Notes under the pieces: generated by a model | Databases searched by the model: none | Told to the model about the DNA's origin: nothing | Seen by the model: the letters and a program-made list of their open reading frames with translations, nothing else | Translations under genes and position numbers: made by a program | Shown here: positions 12,351 through 27,300 of the stretch, in pieces | Layout: every line of letters starts with the position of its first letter | Numbering within the stretch: position 1 is the first letter of the stretch | Assembly (NCBI GenBank): GCA_030141605.1 | Contig: JAQGDQ010000017.1 | Coordinates: 248,001 to 312,000 of the forward strand | From: Tubiluchus corallicola | Taxonomy: Eukaryota > Animalia > Priapulida | Direction of reading: 5' to 3' | DNA: 64,000 bases

Positions 12351-15300
12351 GTTAGTAAATCAATTCATCCAATTATCTTTGTTTGTTGTGATGTTATTGA
12401 AACAGTTCCTTCATTAATTTTACATCTATTTCTTAAATCTATTATAAACTGAATGCTGAAAATGAATGTGATATGTTCAGCATGGGCTGATTGTCATACT
12501 CATTTGTTTGCAAGTTGTTTTGCCTATTATCTCACCTTGTCATTTTTTACTGAAATGAATTACTACCGGGTGCCAACATTGCAATATTAAAAGAACTATG
12601 ATGCTTTTTACGTAATACCCTCAATTTTTAAATTGAGTTTTCAGAAATATCTTTATAATTTTTTCACTGTAATTTCATTCTGATGTTTTTTTGCATTCGT
12701 TAATTAAATCTAAGTAAGTTTTTGAACAACTGGTAAAGTGAAAGGCTTGACCACTTTGATAACCTGAAAAGATTGAGTGACAGCATACTGAGTTGGTAAA
12801 GAGAATGCTGCACACTATAAAATTAGTGCATGCTGGAAATGTTTTTCAGGTACATGAAATAATTATTGTACAGTTAAACCTCTTTATACCGCCTACTTTG
12901 GGACAGGAAAAAAGTTGGTGTTATAGCAAGTTTAATATTATAATGAGGTGTGTTAAATTTTGCCATAAACGAATCACAATACTGCCAGAAAAGTTTACAC
13001 AGGTTAGAGTCCTCAATTTTCACTCCTAATATAAATGAATTAAAAGAAAATTATTAAATTAATCATTTGTGAATCAATGACTCACTCAAAATCAATCATC
13101 TTTATCAAAAACATTGTTTTCATAATAAATGTATCTTGTACTCAACTATGTACATGTAATAGGCTGGAGGCCTACTGCTCCACTAATCATGTATATGTAA
13201 AAAAAGGTAAAGTCATAATTACAAATTTCTTGGTGGGATTTGCTTGGATGATTCTTTGCAAACAAGCAAATATCACATTTCTTGTGGTGAAAAAGAACCG
13301 TGCTTTTAAGTCTGGTGCTATTATGACTGTGTGGCGCATATACAATAATATCAGAGTTATTAATCATTTACTATTGTGACTGTATGATGTACATTACAGC
13401 TTGAAAACAATCAGAGCATGACAACATGCATTATTTTACATGACACGTCAGTGGAGCATCTATCAGTCCCGTACAGCTGACATAATATCAATGTCGCTGG
13501 CGTGGTTGGTGGTATTTCCCCGTTGAACATATATTAATTTTCCTGGTGAATGCAGGTAGCAAGAGGCGGTATAGCAGTCATTTTTATATACAGTTTAACA
13601 CAGCCATTTTATTTCTGGCCCTTTTGAGGAGCAGTAAACGAGTTTGATGGTATAACGAGGTTTCACTGTATATGCTAGCTCTTTGCAGTAGCATGTCGAT
13701 TTTACTTAAGGTAGCCTCCACAGTTTATAAAACAATAAAAATCTCATGATGCTGGGATAGCTAGCTGTGCCAGCACACGTATTAGTGATTAGCTAATTGT
13801 TGGGAGCTAGTAGATTTTTATGGTGGGGGTGCAACTCTTTACCTCCCAACTCATCCACAAATCTGACTACCCTGTCGCGTCATCTTTTATTCACAATAAA
13901 AGGGTTGTGCAACATACGTGGGCGGTTGTTGTCCTACAATTTTCCAGAGGGCAACAAGGCATATGAACCAAAATTCAACGACACAGGTATAATTAATATA
14001 TCTTTAGTGAGGTTGCAATGTCGAAGGGCTCACTTGAAAAACCAGCGGGTCTAAGGCTTGATGTTACGTTTTACGGGGGTTCACTTAGGCATTATGGTTT
14101 TCCATGTTGACCATGACATACATAGATTCCAAACATTCCAACAACAAAATCTTTTATGAAATGGAGGAAAAGATTATGATTAGGTTTACTATTTTTATTT
14201 ACTTTTTACTCTGTTTAGATAAATTAGAACAGGTTAAATTATCAATAACAGTTTCGCATAAAAGCATAATAACAAAAATGACAAAGTGAAAAGAAAACAA
14301 AATGTCTACTTATCAGTTAACCCTTCCCCTGAGAGGACAAGGACATAGGATAGGAGTCCGCGGACGTAGCTCACTCCAGTCAGTCACAGCAACACATCAA
14401 CGACTTCAAGTCTATGGCCATAACAATCAACGGTGATGACGCCGGCTGCAGCACCAATCAAACATGAACTAAGGAATGGCTCACAAGTCTCTGTGGTTGA
14501 CTCAGGATACGTCCACAATCCACAACGTCTGGACACTGGTGGCTAGTCACGCATTTCCATGTAGTTTAGAATAAGACACATCGTAGAGAGTTCCAACATC
14601 TCATCAGTGTGAATAAAGCTCCATCCACAACATCAAAACTGAAGTAGTTTGGTATCACCACTGATAGTCTCTTTATGTTAGATCAGTCAAATAGTAGATG
14701 TGCACAAGTTTAGTGCTTCAGACTCTTATATAATCAAGTTTAGGATTTTAACCATTTTCGTAAAGTAAAGTTAAAGTTAAGAGTTAAATCATTTTTGGCT
14801 GCTTTTAGATTCAGCAGTTACACTGTACTCTCCTGGATATCTGTGTCATGCACTTTCCAAGATCATGTTATGCATGGATAGTTTATAGTATATTATCAAA
14901 GGAGGGGTGATGGGTAGGAAGCCCTTCCCACAGACTATACTACAGCAACATCTAGTTTAGCTATGTGTAAGAACCTTACACTAATGAAAGGCACTGTCTA
15001 ATTTTGTTACTTTTCATCACAACATCATGACTGAAGCTACTGAAACAGCCTAATGTGACAGCAGGTGCAGGGAAATCTGTGGGTTCCTATATAGGCTGGT
15101 AAATACGAACAGTAACCTTATCAATGACTTTGCGCGTTGCTTGGCAATGTGTCTGTGAAATTTCTGTCAATCTTTAACCTATCCAGAGTGGTGCGTCACA
15201 AAAATATCACTTCGCAAACATAGCCCTGAAAAGTCAATTAGCAGAAATCTAGCTCTCACTTTTCTCCAGTTTGCAGTAGTTGTGTAAATTTGTTTAAATA

Positions 15301-18300
15301 ACTGAAATTAGGTTCTGTTTAAATTCCAACCAACTCATATGCCACTTACTTGTTTAGTTTATTTACTTGATTTAACTTTGCTTTTAGGATTTGGAACAAA
15401 GCATCTCCTTCCGGTAGATATCGCGCTGTACTAAGGAAACTCCAGCCTTCCAAAGGAAATACAGATGATCAACAGTTTATTGAGGTATAATATAATAAAT
15501 TAATAATTTTAATGTAATAATGACAATAACATATATAATATATGTGTGCTTGCACAGCAAAATCGTCCATAAGTTGGCAATTAAGCTTTTGTATCCAGAA
15601 TCTTCATTTCTTGAACATCATTTTGATACCAAGTTCATCGCTCTGTATTATTTCTAATCCATGTTGAAGTTGAGGTGCAATCTACTGACTAAAAAACATA
15701 ATCTTGAGAAAATCGCTGTTAAAATTAGCCAGTATTTTTGTCGTGTTTCTGCAAAACACTTTTTAACCTCACAAATGTTCATTGCTATGGATTTTGCATG
15801 AACACATTGAAGTTATTTTGGGGGTATGTTTAAATCCGGTAGATGGCTGAAAAAAACCGAAGCAAAATGACTGCTTCCATGAGCTACTATCAAAGTTTAA
15901 AAATACAAGTTTTTTACAATTTCAGTACTAGTTTCTTGCCAGAGAAGTAGGTAAGGGGCTATAAAATAAAATTTTTAATATGCTTTGATCATTTTCTTGA
16001 TGATTTGATGCTAGAATATAAAAGTCCAATACATATTTAGCATTTGTTTTATAAAAAACAAAAAATGACATTTCACAAATTTTTTGTGCATTTTACTTTG
16101 AAGCACCATAACGCACTTTTAACTATGCCGACCTATGGATGATTTTGGTTTGCTAGCACACATATATACTTTTGTTAAAGAAATTTTTTTCTTATTTGTC
16201 TCGCATTAATCTAAAAACAGCAAACAAGAAAAGCTAAGTTTTTTTTGTAAGTGGATAATGTTTTATACTTGGTAAAAACAAATCAGCGCCCATCTATTTA
16301 TCACCCAGCTCTGTTTTTCTTTAGATATGGAGTGAAAATTGCAAATTACAGACCATTAATCTGCAGTCGCTTGACAAACACGGACCCGTTTACGGCAATG
16401 ATAGTAAGTAATCTACAGTTAAACCTTGCTATACGCCCCCATTATACCGCCAAACTTGTTTACCACCTGAAAAATGGCCAGGAATAAAATGGCTGTATTC
16501 AACTGCATATAAAAATAACCTGTTATACCGCCACTCATTACCCGCCAGGCAAATTAATATATATGTTCAATGGGGAAATACCGCCAGCCACGCGAGTGAC
16601 CTTGATATTATGCCAGCTGTAGGCGGCTGATATACGCTCGGCTGAGTTGCTGAAACTGACCAGACATCACGTGTCATGCAAAACAATGCGTTGTCGTGCT
16701 TTGATTGTTTTCAAGCTGTACTGTGCATCGTACATTCTTAATAGTAAAGGATTGATATCTGTGATATTATATGTCACGTAGTTATAATAACAACTGACAA
16801 GAAAACACGCTGTTCTTTTTTTGCCACAAAAAATGCGATATTTGGTTGTTTTCTAAGAATCATCCAAGCAAATTCTAGCAAGAAATTTGTAGTTATGACT
16901 TAACTGTTTTACATGTACATAATTTCGTGGAGCAGTAGGCCTACAGATTATATAGTTGAGTACAAGATGTGTTTTTGTAAACAAAATGTTCTTGGTAAAG
17001 TCGATTGATTTTGGGTGAGTCATTGATTCACAAATGATTCATCTAATAATTTTCTTTTAATTCATTAACCTTTTGAGCGATAATTGTGGCCTCTGATCTG
17101 TTTACATTTGTCTGACTGTTTTGTGATTCATCTGTCAAAATTTAACACACCTCGTTATAACACCCAACTCGCTATAACTCTAACTTTTTTCTAGTCCCAA
17201 AGTGGGCGGTATAGAGGTTTGACTGTAATTAGTTAGCTGTATGCATACCATTATTTGTCTTGTCTCTACTTTTGTATGTAAACTTTATAGTACAACACGA
17301 TTTCAAATTTAATAGAATAATGATTAATCATTACATTGCCATTCATCAGTTGTTTCTTTTACATAAATAATTGCGTTCAGTTGATTCAAATTTACAATGA
17401 AAAATTTTATGTAAAAACTATGTTGTTATAAAAAAAGGATGCACACTTGTCTCATTTTCGATAAGCATGCAATGTGTAACAACTTATTTCAAAAATATTT
17501 TTTTCTATTGCATTGGGTTTCCACAAAGAAATTTGTTAGTTTATTATTAAAAAACTTTTCGTTTGGAACTTCGAAAGTTTTACACTACAGCATTTTTTAG
17601 GGGTTGGCATTATCTATAAGCGAAATCGAATGGAATTGACTTTCGAGGTTTCTAATCCAAATGGAATTCGGTTTTAAAGAATAAACTTTTGAATCGTTAA
17701 TAAAAATCAATTTTGCAAAGACCATACATATTGCTTGATTTTATTCTCAATAAATATTCATATTTACAGTGTAAACACTAATATTTCTTTAAAAATTTTG
17801 CACAGAAATCACAGCTAAATTGCTGATCGCATGCTGTTCCAAATGATTTAATGACAAAGAACATAACAATGTAGTAGAAGTGGCAAATTATTCGAATACA
17901 TAATTTTAGGTTCAAATTCAAATTAAAACAAACTAGAATGTTCAATGCTCACCCCAATCACCTGCACCATTTTTCCTGCTATCGCTTATTATGGCTGCAG
18001 TTGATGAATGGTAGCCATTCTGTGTGACTTCTGGGGTTGTATGAGACACATGTATACATGCTATGTCCAAAAAATTATCTAACTTAACATCAAGCTTTCT
18101 ATTTTTGTATCTATTTACATATTTTATCTGTGCATTAAAGGTCCTTTATTTAATATTTCTTTCTTAGAGCACTTTGGAAGCTTTGAGTGGTCACACGGTG
18201 AAACACACCTTCTTTACGTAGCGGAAAAAAAGCGGCCTAAATTTGCTTCATATTTTGATCAGAAGTATACCCAAAAGACAGAAGATGAGGAGTCAAATGG

Positions 18301-21300
18301 CAATACTGTGTTCGTAAGTAATCAATTAAATTCTATAGGCTTACTGTGAACTTTTCTCTAACCGAGACACTGTAGCCAGTCCACATTGTTAGGAATTTTT
18401 CGATGAAGTGCGACAACTGCAAATTGGCATGCGTAATTAAAGTTTTGACAAGGCGTGCATACACTCATATCTTGGTTTGCTGGACCTCACTTTTACGGAT
18501 ATCGGAAGAATCGGACAAAATCTGGACCGTTAAAAGTCCAGCACACTACACAGTCGAGCTGAGTGCTAGTTGGTGGGCCATCACTTTGTTTACATCATTA
18601 TATCTGTGTAACCGCGTGTATATCTCTACGTACACAAATATAGAATCAATTATGCGGAATTATTTGAGTCAATTGCCGACAATTTTTATACACTTTTGCA
18701 TAGGAGTGACCCGCACTAGGTGTTTTTGAGAGAATTAGGCGATTGATTCTACATTAACGTGTGTTTAATACACGGTGCCTACTGTATTACCCTAGTATCG
18801 GTAAATACGGACTATCGGCAAATTCGGATCGACGTCTCCCCGCTTTTGTCCAACAAACTGAGATATGAGTGTAATTAAAATAGTGACAATGCTTTTGGTA
18901 CCATTGCTGTGCTTCTAATTGTTACAGTTCTAATCAGAAGCTACATCTTGAGCAAAGCTTTTGTTATTGAGTTTTAATTTTCCAGATGTCCTTGGTGTCA
19001 CAACCAACACAAATTTTTATATGCAGCAGAAACGCTAAATGACCATAATAACTAATGCCCACACTGCCACATCATGTAGAAAATATAGGACTAACAGGCG
19101 TCCCATTATCGAGCAAGTAATATTATTGGATCGCTGCAGACACTTTTATCAAGTAGCAAAGAAAATGACTCCAATTTCATACCACCATTTAAACTTTTTT
19201 AATTTTTTTAAAAAGATGCTGTAAATTGACTAGAAGTGCTGGCCAAAGTAGGCTTATATTCTTCTTATACCATTCCCAGTTGTACTTTATGTGTGCCTGA
19301 TGTTGTTCGTTAAGAAACGATCGATAATACTTCGCCATATCATCAGCTGATAAAGCTTCTTCCTGTGAGAGTCCTTTATCTTTCTTTAGCTTATCTGAAT
19401 ACACTTTCTTTCCTTTAATAAAGTCTAAATTGTGTCTTTCCCAGAATGCAGTATTCCATGCATGTACTTCCTGATGCTTCAACCTGTATGACTTTTCCAA
19501 TGCAGTTTCATCGGGTGGCACATATAGCTTGTGTTTGCGAAGGTTAGTTATTTTGTCCGCTGGTCCGACCCAGTCAGTTTTTGTCAAAGCGGGATCTGGT
19601 TCGTAAGAGCCATGCTCACTCTTTTGTTGTTTGGACTTAGCTTTAGCAGAAAGTTGCCGACATGTATTGGAGTAAGCGGATAGCAAAAGCCGGTTAGACA
19701 ACTTGCACCGTAACGCCATTGGTTAGTTCAGATTTTTAGTTGCTAAGAGTGAGGAAAAGTTGACAAGCTGGTTAGGACTGACTAGCTTAACATTATAAAC
19801 TTCAAAACTGCAGAATGATGTCCTGCTTGCTCTGTTGCTTTCATGTATCGTTTAGCCTAGAAAAAAGTACCAGCAAGATCAGTTTTGCCTCGAAAACAAA
19901 TATCAGCACTTTAAGTTTATGATATTAAATTAACACTTAATGACACTGTGCGTGTGCTATAGCTTTATTCAGAAACTCATTTAATATTAATGTTTGCTCA
20001 AATTTGTTTTGTATGTCTGTAGAATAACCACATAAATTTAAAAAGAAGGTATATAGCTATACTGAGTTATGTTTTTTATAAATGTGCTGCAAATAATGGA
20101 AAAATATTTCCCAATACCATAGTACAACTGTTAATTAAAACAATCTGGTCGTTGATTGTGAAGAAATACCACTGTTGCATGGAAATGACAAAAAAGCTAA
20201 GTTAGCCATATAACATTAGTCAATGCCATCAAGCTAATTTTGCACTGAATGACCAATGCATAACTAATAACTAATCTGAGTTATAATAGATTTATAACAC
20301 AATACACTTATGCAGTATATGAGTTGACAAAATAAAAAGGCCATTTAATTCCTTTTTCACACTTAAGATGGAGAAATAGAGTCAATAGCTGATTGCACTG
20401 GGGAATAAAAAGTTCTGTTGACGTGATCAAAAAGATGAGTGGCTATAGTACTGGGGAAATAAACACAAAGTCATCAGTCCTACAACAGAATCCATTTTCT
20501 GTTCTAGTTCATTTCCCATCGTGCTATGATAAATAGTAGGCACTATTTTCAAGTAAAACCATGTTAGCCAAGTGGCTTTGTAGCCAAGGAGGCAGTTTAT
20601 AATTAGCAACGATCTGTTGGGTAACCTGTTAATGAAGCTAGTCAAGTTACTCACCAGGCAGAGTGTTCATTTTTTAATGTTTGTATTTGCTGTCAAAACT
20701 TGTTGTGCTGATTTTTCAATTAGCTGGAAATCTTGTTAAACTGAGAATGATAATAAGTATACCTTGCAGAAGCTGCACCAGGTGCAACCAACATTACAAT
20801 TTTGTCAACGACATTTTGCTGTATCAAATTATTATTATTGTTCTTCTTTGACATGAAAGTAGTAGACTAGTAGTTACATTCTAGGAGTAAGTAAGTGAGC
20901 ACAGTCTAAGTGAATCACATAATAATCAAAAAGTGGTTAATAACCATAATAACCAATCTTAGAATTAATATTTTTATGCCAGTTTGTCAGATGCACAAAT
21001 TTTTTTTGTGTAGAAAGTTGAAAAAAAATTATATCTGGCTGTCTGTGATACTTTATGTCCGTACTGTACTTTATGTCCATGATATTTATGTTCAAATTTA
21101 AACTTAATCTCAATATAAAATTAAAATATTAAAATTGTTTTACACACCTTATTCTGAAATCTTCGTCAAGATAATTGCGCATATTACTAATAGCAACATT
21201 ACTTACAGGGTGGTTGACTTTGGTAACTTTTAGTTTTTCGCCACCCTTTCACCAATCACTTGAACATCATTAACTCAGATAATTTATTCATTTAATAATC

Positions 21301-24300
21301 TTGCCACTTTGTATCATATTATCGTTTCAGGCTTTGTGTTTTTCTTGTAAAAAAGGTGATAGATAAAGATACTTACTTATTTACTTGCTGTGGTTTAATG
21401 AGCTGTCCTAAGTAAAAAATGTATTATTGGTATAAGTGATTGACTTTCACATTGCTAAATCAAGAAACAGTAGCGTCTGGGTAAAACTTCTGGGTTACCC
21501 CAATGAGACATTACTAGAGTCAAAACAACAGAAACATTAAAAGTTTTCTCAGTCTTTCATGAATGAAATATCACAAAGATATAGTACATTACAGTAATAA
21601 TTTTCACGTGTTCAAGCGTGGACACTCATCAGGCATAATTGTCACCATACTTTGTATTTGAGTAGAGCAATGATACTAACTCTCTACTAAATTTCTGCAC
21701 TCTGCATACTAAACGCTTGGCAGGTTTAAAGAACTAGCATACCTACTCACAAGAGCTCCTACAACTGAGCATACTGATAGTTGTATTTTTTATGAAATTG
21801 ATTTTCCACATTTAAGTAATTCTCTTGGTATCAGTTAAGCATCTGGCCATCTACTATTTGTACCAGCCTACTTATGATAAGTCTAGATACAGTTAGATCT
21901 ATTTATTCTAATTGGCCAACATATGGTTGAACTGATTATTCTGACGATTTACTAAAGCTAAACTTCTTATAAGCCTATTGAAATTTGAAAGTATAAGTAA
22001 GTAACTGCGGTGGAAAGATGAAAATACAGTACTACGTAAATAGACTGCAAGCCCTGCCTCAAGTAACTCAGACGAAAATGTGTAACGGGAGATAGCAGCG
22101 CAAATTTGCATAATCGAGCCAAAATTATAAAGACTACCTTGTCACCGAATATTTCATTAATAATTAATAATTCATTCTTAATAGTCGATCATAAGAGCAA
22201 TTTTAATTCCTAGTTATTATTATGTTGTCTCACGCTTTTCTTACACTGGCGTCAGTGGCTAATAACACGGCAGTACGGGAAATCTTAAAAAAGCACTTAG
22301 TAATCTTTTGTGTATGCGATCTCAGTACTTTTCTCAGACTGCTCCTGGAAGTCTGTGGTACCACTTCAATTTGAACTTACAGTGCACTGTGTCTTTACTT
22401 AAATTATATTAATTTTTTGTTTTTAGTGGTAATTATAATAACAATAACAATCATAATAATAGCAATAATTTAAATAAACTCCCATTAGCCAAGCTTAACA
22501 ATTGAAAATTTGTTTATTATTTTTTAATAAAATTGTCCTTTTATATCATGCTTAGTTCAATGAAATTAATATTACAGTGCTTTTTGTTATCATGTAGGGT
22601 GAAGCTAGCAGCTACAGGCAAAATTGGGGTGAGACTTTTGCATCTGTATGCGATCCTGTCATATGTGTACTAGACATTGAAAGCTGTGTGATTAGTATTT
22701 TGGACAATGTACCTGATAATGTATCACCTGCCCAGGTATGTAAATAATATGATTGTAAGTGATATGAATATTCTAGATTGATCTTTAAACACGGGTCAAA
22801 CACTGAAAATAGGAGCTGTAGATGGTTGTGGTGGGACAGGAACTTTACACGTTATCAAGGTTAATCCACGAAGAGAAGATCAAATCAATGAGTAAGTGGA
22901 TGGGTACATTTATGAATGAACAGATAATAGAATGACTGGCTTTAAGCTTTGTTATTTGTGTAAGTTCTTGTAAGGGTGCAGTAGTTCCACTATGGAGCAT
23001 AGGAATTAATGTTTCACATTAACACAAAAACGAGTTCATTCTTTAGTGTGTCAGATAGGGGTGAGCAGGGGCGTATTAACAATTTACGACGCCCTAGGCT
23101 GATAGTTCTGTCCCACCTATCTCTATTGTGAATTTATGGTTGTTTATGTAATGAGCGGATTAAATCATTACTTGTGGTGTATTAGAAACGCTATTAATTA
23201 CATGTATTTGCGAAGCGCTTATATTTAAGCAGGCTGCTGCTTGTTGTGTAATACCTTGCGCCAGTTCGTTATGTGGCACTTATAAGCTGATCCCAATAAC
23301 TGCCTGTTGTGTATTATAAAATGCGTCCTTTACATGAATACGAAAGTATACACATTTTCCGAGGAGAATAAGAATGTTTTCTAAAATGTGACGCCCTCAA
23401 ACTTTGGCGACCTAGGCTATAGCCTAGTTAGCCTATTGGTTAATACGCCCCTGAGGGTGAGCATTCTCTATCAATAAGGAAATCGAAGTGAATCGTATTT
23501 TTGACTTTCGAACTTGAATCTCACTGAATTTCAAGATTTTGAATCCAAATCGAATTCGAATTCAATTTTAAAGATTTTCTAATAAATTCTTGATTCATAA
23601 ATAAAAAGCAGTATCAAAAAGATCATCCGTATTGCTTCTTGATTATGTTCTGCAGTAAAAACAACAATATTTTGTTTGAAAATTGTACCCACAAATCACG
23701 CTAAATTGTGCTAACTGCATGCTGTTGCAAACATTTTAATGATAAAGAACGTATGTAGTTGAAGTGGGCATTTATTCAAAAATACATAATTTTGCGTTCG
23801 AATCGAGAATTCGAGTAAAAAATTCTTGTTCGAAGTTGAATGCTTGATGCTCGGCCCCTAGTGTTAGATGGCTCGAGTGTAATGTATGATAGCAAGACAA
23901 TGTTTTTGATAACCTTAATAAAGTCGTCAAAGGAACACCAATGTAAAACACTTCTTTTCTTGTTAGTAGATGTCATTATGTTATCACTGTTATACATGAT
24001 TCACTGCCATCAGCACTGTTCAGAATGAAGGTGTTACCTTTTGCTAAATTATTGGTGAAGTATGAAAAGGTGTTGTATCAAAAGTTTTGTTGTTGCTTTC
24101 AATGGCATGTTAATGATCTTACCACCATTGCTCGGGGAATTATAAAAAATGGTGAAAATTTTGATACTTTATATTTTTTCCTATTAAACTGATAAATTGA
24201 AATAATCTTTACTTGTGCTTTTAGGCCATATGGACGCCTGATGATTCTGGCATAGTGTTTGTTGGCTGGTTGAATGACCCTTGGAAACTGGGAATAATAG

Positions 24301-27300
24301 CTTGCACGATACGGAGGTAAGAACCGTAACCTCATTAAATGTGTAATATGATTAAATTTAATTAGAAAAATATAAACAAATAAAATATGTTTTAAATCAG
24401 TAAGGAAGATAACAGGATAGACTTTCATATTTTAAAAGAAGAACAACCCCCGAACAACATTTATTGCATTTTAATATTCAATCAAAAATACTGAAATCAC
24501 TACACAAGATATGGGCATAGAATGCTTTGCATAAAAATGTAAAAGAGATTTAAATATTTTTTATCTCCCGCCAACCGAACGTCGCTGCCGGCATATTTGA
24601 AAAAAATGTAGGCTGGTGACTGCTGGGCAGTGTGAATGCTGTGAAAGCAAACTGTGTGAAGGTACACGTTGAGGAATTTCTACAGTTCACCCAGAAGTTC
24701 AGCTAATTCTAGTGTTGTATTTAACTGTGTTTATGTAAAAATTAGTCATTTGATCATTTATGACCAAGATTAAAGTGGTTTAATCCACATAGCTTTAACC
24801 TACAGGATTATGTGGTAAAATGTGTAAGTAGTATACATTAATTGCATAAATGTAATTAATTTACAGGCTTTTGTAGACTTTCAGATACGCATGTAAACTT
24901 GCGAGTATACCAGTTGGGTTACTTACTTTATAGAGTTCGCTCTATAAGTCAAAAAAAGATTGTTGAAGCACGTGGCAGAATAACTGTTTATATCGCACGA
25001 TAACCAGATGACGCCATTTTTCACCAAAATGAGCGCGCCCAAGCGTGAAGTGAATGCAATTTTAAATTGAAATTATTAGTTACACGAGGCACTTATCACA
25101 ATTTTATTACTGAAACTTTCTAACATTTTTCTCAAATATTAGAATAAGCTCAACTTCACGAGAGACTTGGCTTTTGGTTTAAGTTTTTTATGATTTTAAT
25201 AGATCGTATAAAATCATTACATAGTATAACAAGAAGTTGTTTGCTTTCGTAAGCTTGCCATTGTTTTTAATGTTCTTGTTTATTAATTCATTTTCACAGG
25301 AGTGCTTTATATCATATAGATCTCCAGTCAGCAAGCTGCAGTGAGTATTGAGTGTTTTCAAAGTTTTCGTTCAATTCGGAAATCAAAATGCTTTCAAAGT
25401 ATTTGCGGTAAAATTTTAATTCAATGAAAAGTAGATATTCTGTTATTGTTTCTGTTTACATAAACAGCAATTTTGGTAGCAAGGAAACTCAGTTTTATAA
25501 TGAACAGAAAAACTGTTGCAGCAGCGGCATTTGTCGTCAATGTAACTATAGTGTTTTGTTAATAAGTTTAAAGTGCATTAGAAGTTTGATAGCTATTAAA
25601 ATACGCAAAATTGTGGAAAAGTGGGTTTGTTCAAAGTTGCTGCTAACCTGCTGCTGTTGCCACTATTACTACTACTGCTGCTGCTGCTGCCACTACTACT
25701 ACTACTGCTACTGCTATTACAACCACCATTGTATTATTTATTTCTAATTTGCTGTTTGTAGCGGTAATTGGAAGGAGCGATCAGTCAGTAAGAACACCAA
25801 GATTCAGCCCAGATAGGAAGCACTTGGCATTCATGGAAAATGAAGCCAGTGGACCGCATCACCGCAGCATGCGACTACGCTGCTGCGATTGGGCAACAAA
25901 GAAGATCACCACGGTGATTGACACTGTTCAGAAAGCATCAGGTGCAGTAGAAAGTTGTTTTTTCTGTAACCATGTTGTTGTTACTGTATTTTAGATTTTC
26001 TGGATAACTAACAAATTATCTGGGTACGATCAATCAATCCCGCCTAAGCTGCTGAATAAGCTAAGTTGGAGTGCCTGAAAGGGGCATGTTTTTCCTAATT
26101 TTCTCCAATTAGATCACTTATAAATGCTTAAACAAATAGCATGATTGGTTAGCCCAGATTTTACTGAACAGAACGGTACCTAATTTGTAAACATTTAGTT
26201 ATGTCTGCGCTCATACAGTAGCAGAAAAGTCATAGGTCTTAAAGGAGTGAATGTATAGAATCTATATAAGTTATTGAGTTAGCTTCAGAAAGTGGGGCAT
26301 CTTCAAATTAAACAGTTTTTAAGATGTGTATTATTTTATTTGTTGTATTACAGCTGACGAGTTTCCAGGCATTTATCCTTCATATCTAGGATTGCCGGCT
26401 GACTGCTGGTCCAGTGACAATCGAAGAATTGTTTTTCACAGCGTATGGCGAAGTAGGAAAGAACTACTGTGTGTGGATAGACGTGAAAAAAAGGTTAAAA
26501 GATTGTCCACCAATAATTTTGGCTCCTGGACACTTTTAACAATAAAGAACGACTTCATGGTGGTTGCTTGTAGTTCGCCGAATACGCCACCTGTGATGGT
26601 AGGTTTTTGTTACATGATGTAGTGGGGGTGGGGTGAGGCGAGTGCAGCGAGCGCCTACAGCTAGGGGGTGGGTTCTACACATTATACTAATTATTGATCT
26701 CAGTATTATGTATATATTAATATATAAAAAAACAGGGTTGGAAAGTGGAATGTTTATAATAAAAATAATATGTAAAAGGTAACACATTACTTTTGAATAC
26801 AGGAGCATTGAATGATCCATAAAAAGTTTGTTCGACATGCCGACATCTAACTGATTCTGGGGTTTAAATGAAAAGATGAAAAGAACTCTTTTGTATAATT
26901 AACCATAAAAGTAACATTCGTGAGCAGAATGTGCCACGGTTTTTCCTAGGTTAAGACTGAGTCCTGAAACTCCTTAGGGAATTAATTTTACATTTTCGAA
27001 ACCTCCACCCTTGGTTAGAAGGCCTAATGCATGGGGGGTCAAATGACCTGTTTGCCACCCCCAGCAGACGCTCATGGATTGAATGACTAAAGAATTGACT
27101 GACTAACCATTTGGTTAATTGACTGGGTCATAGATATTTTAACGATATTTTCTATGTTGCAGCGTCTAGCAAGGCTAATGCCATCAGGTGGCGAGAAAAA
27201 TATTAATTGGGTTAATTTAGATCCTGTCAGAACTCTAGAAGACGTGAGATGGAAAATTCGAAGATTTCCGGTTGCCGAGGACACTGAACATCCTGATTAT

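Noticed and set aside
24099-24428. Minus-strand ORF MKVYPVIF... repeated at 49590-49790, which looks like a two-member gene family
   Set aside because: It is the antisense reading of APEH exon 6 and intron; the repetition reflects the DNA duplication
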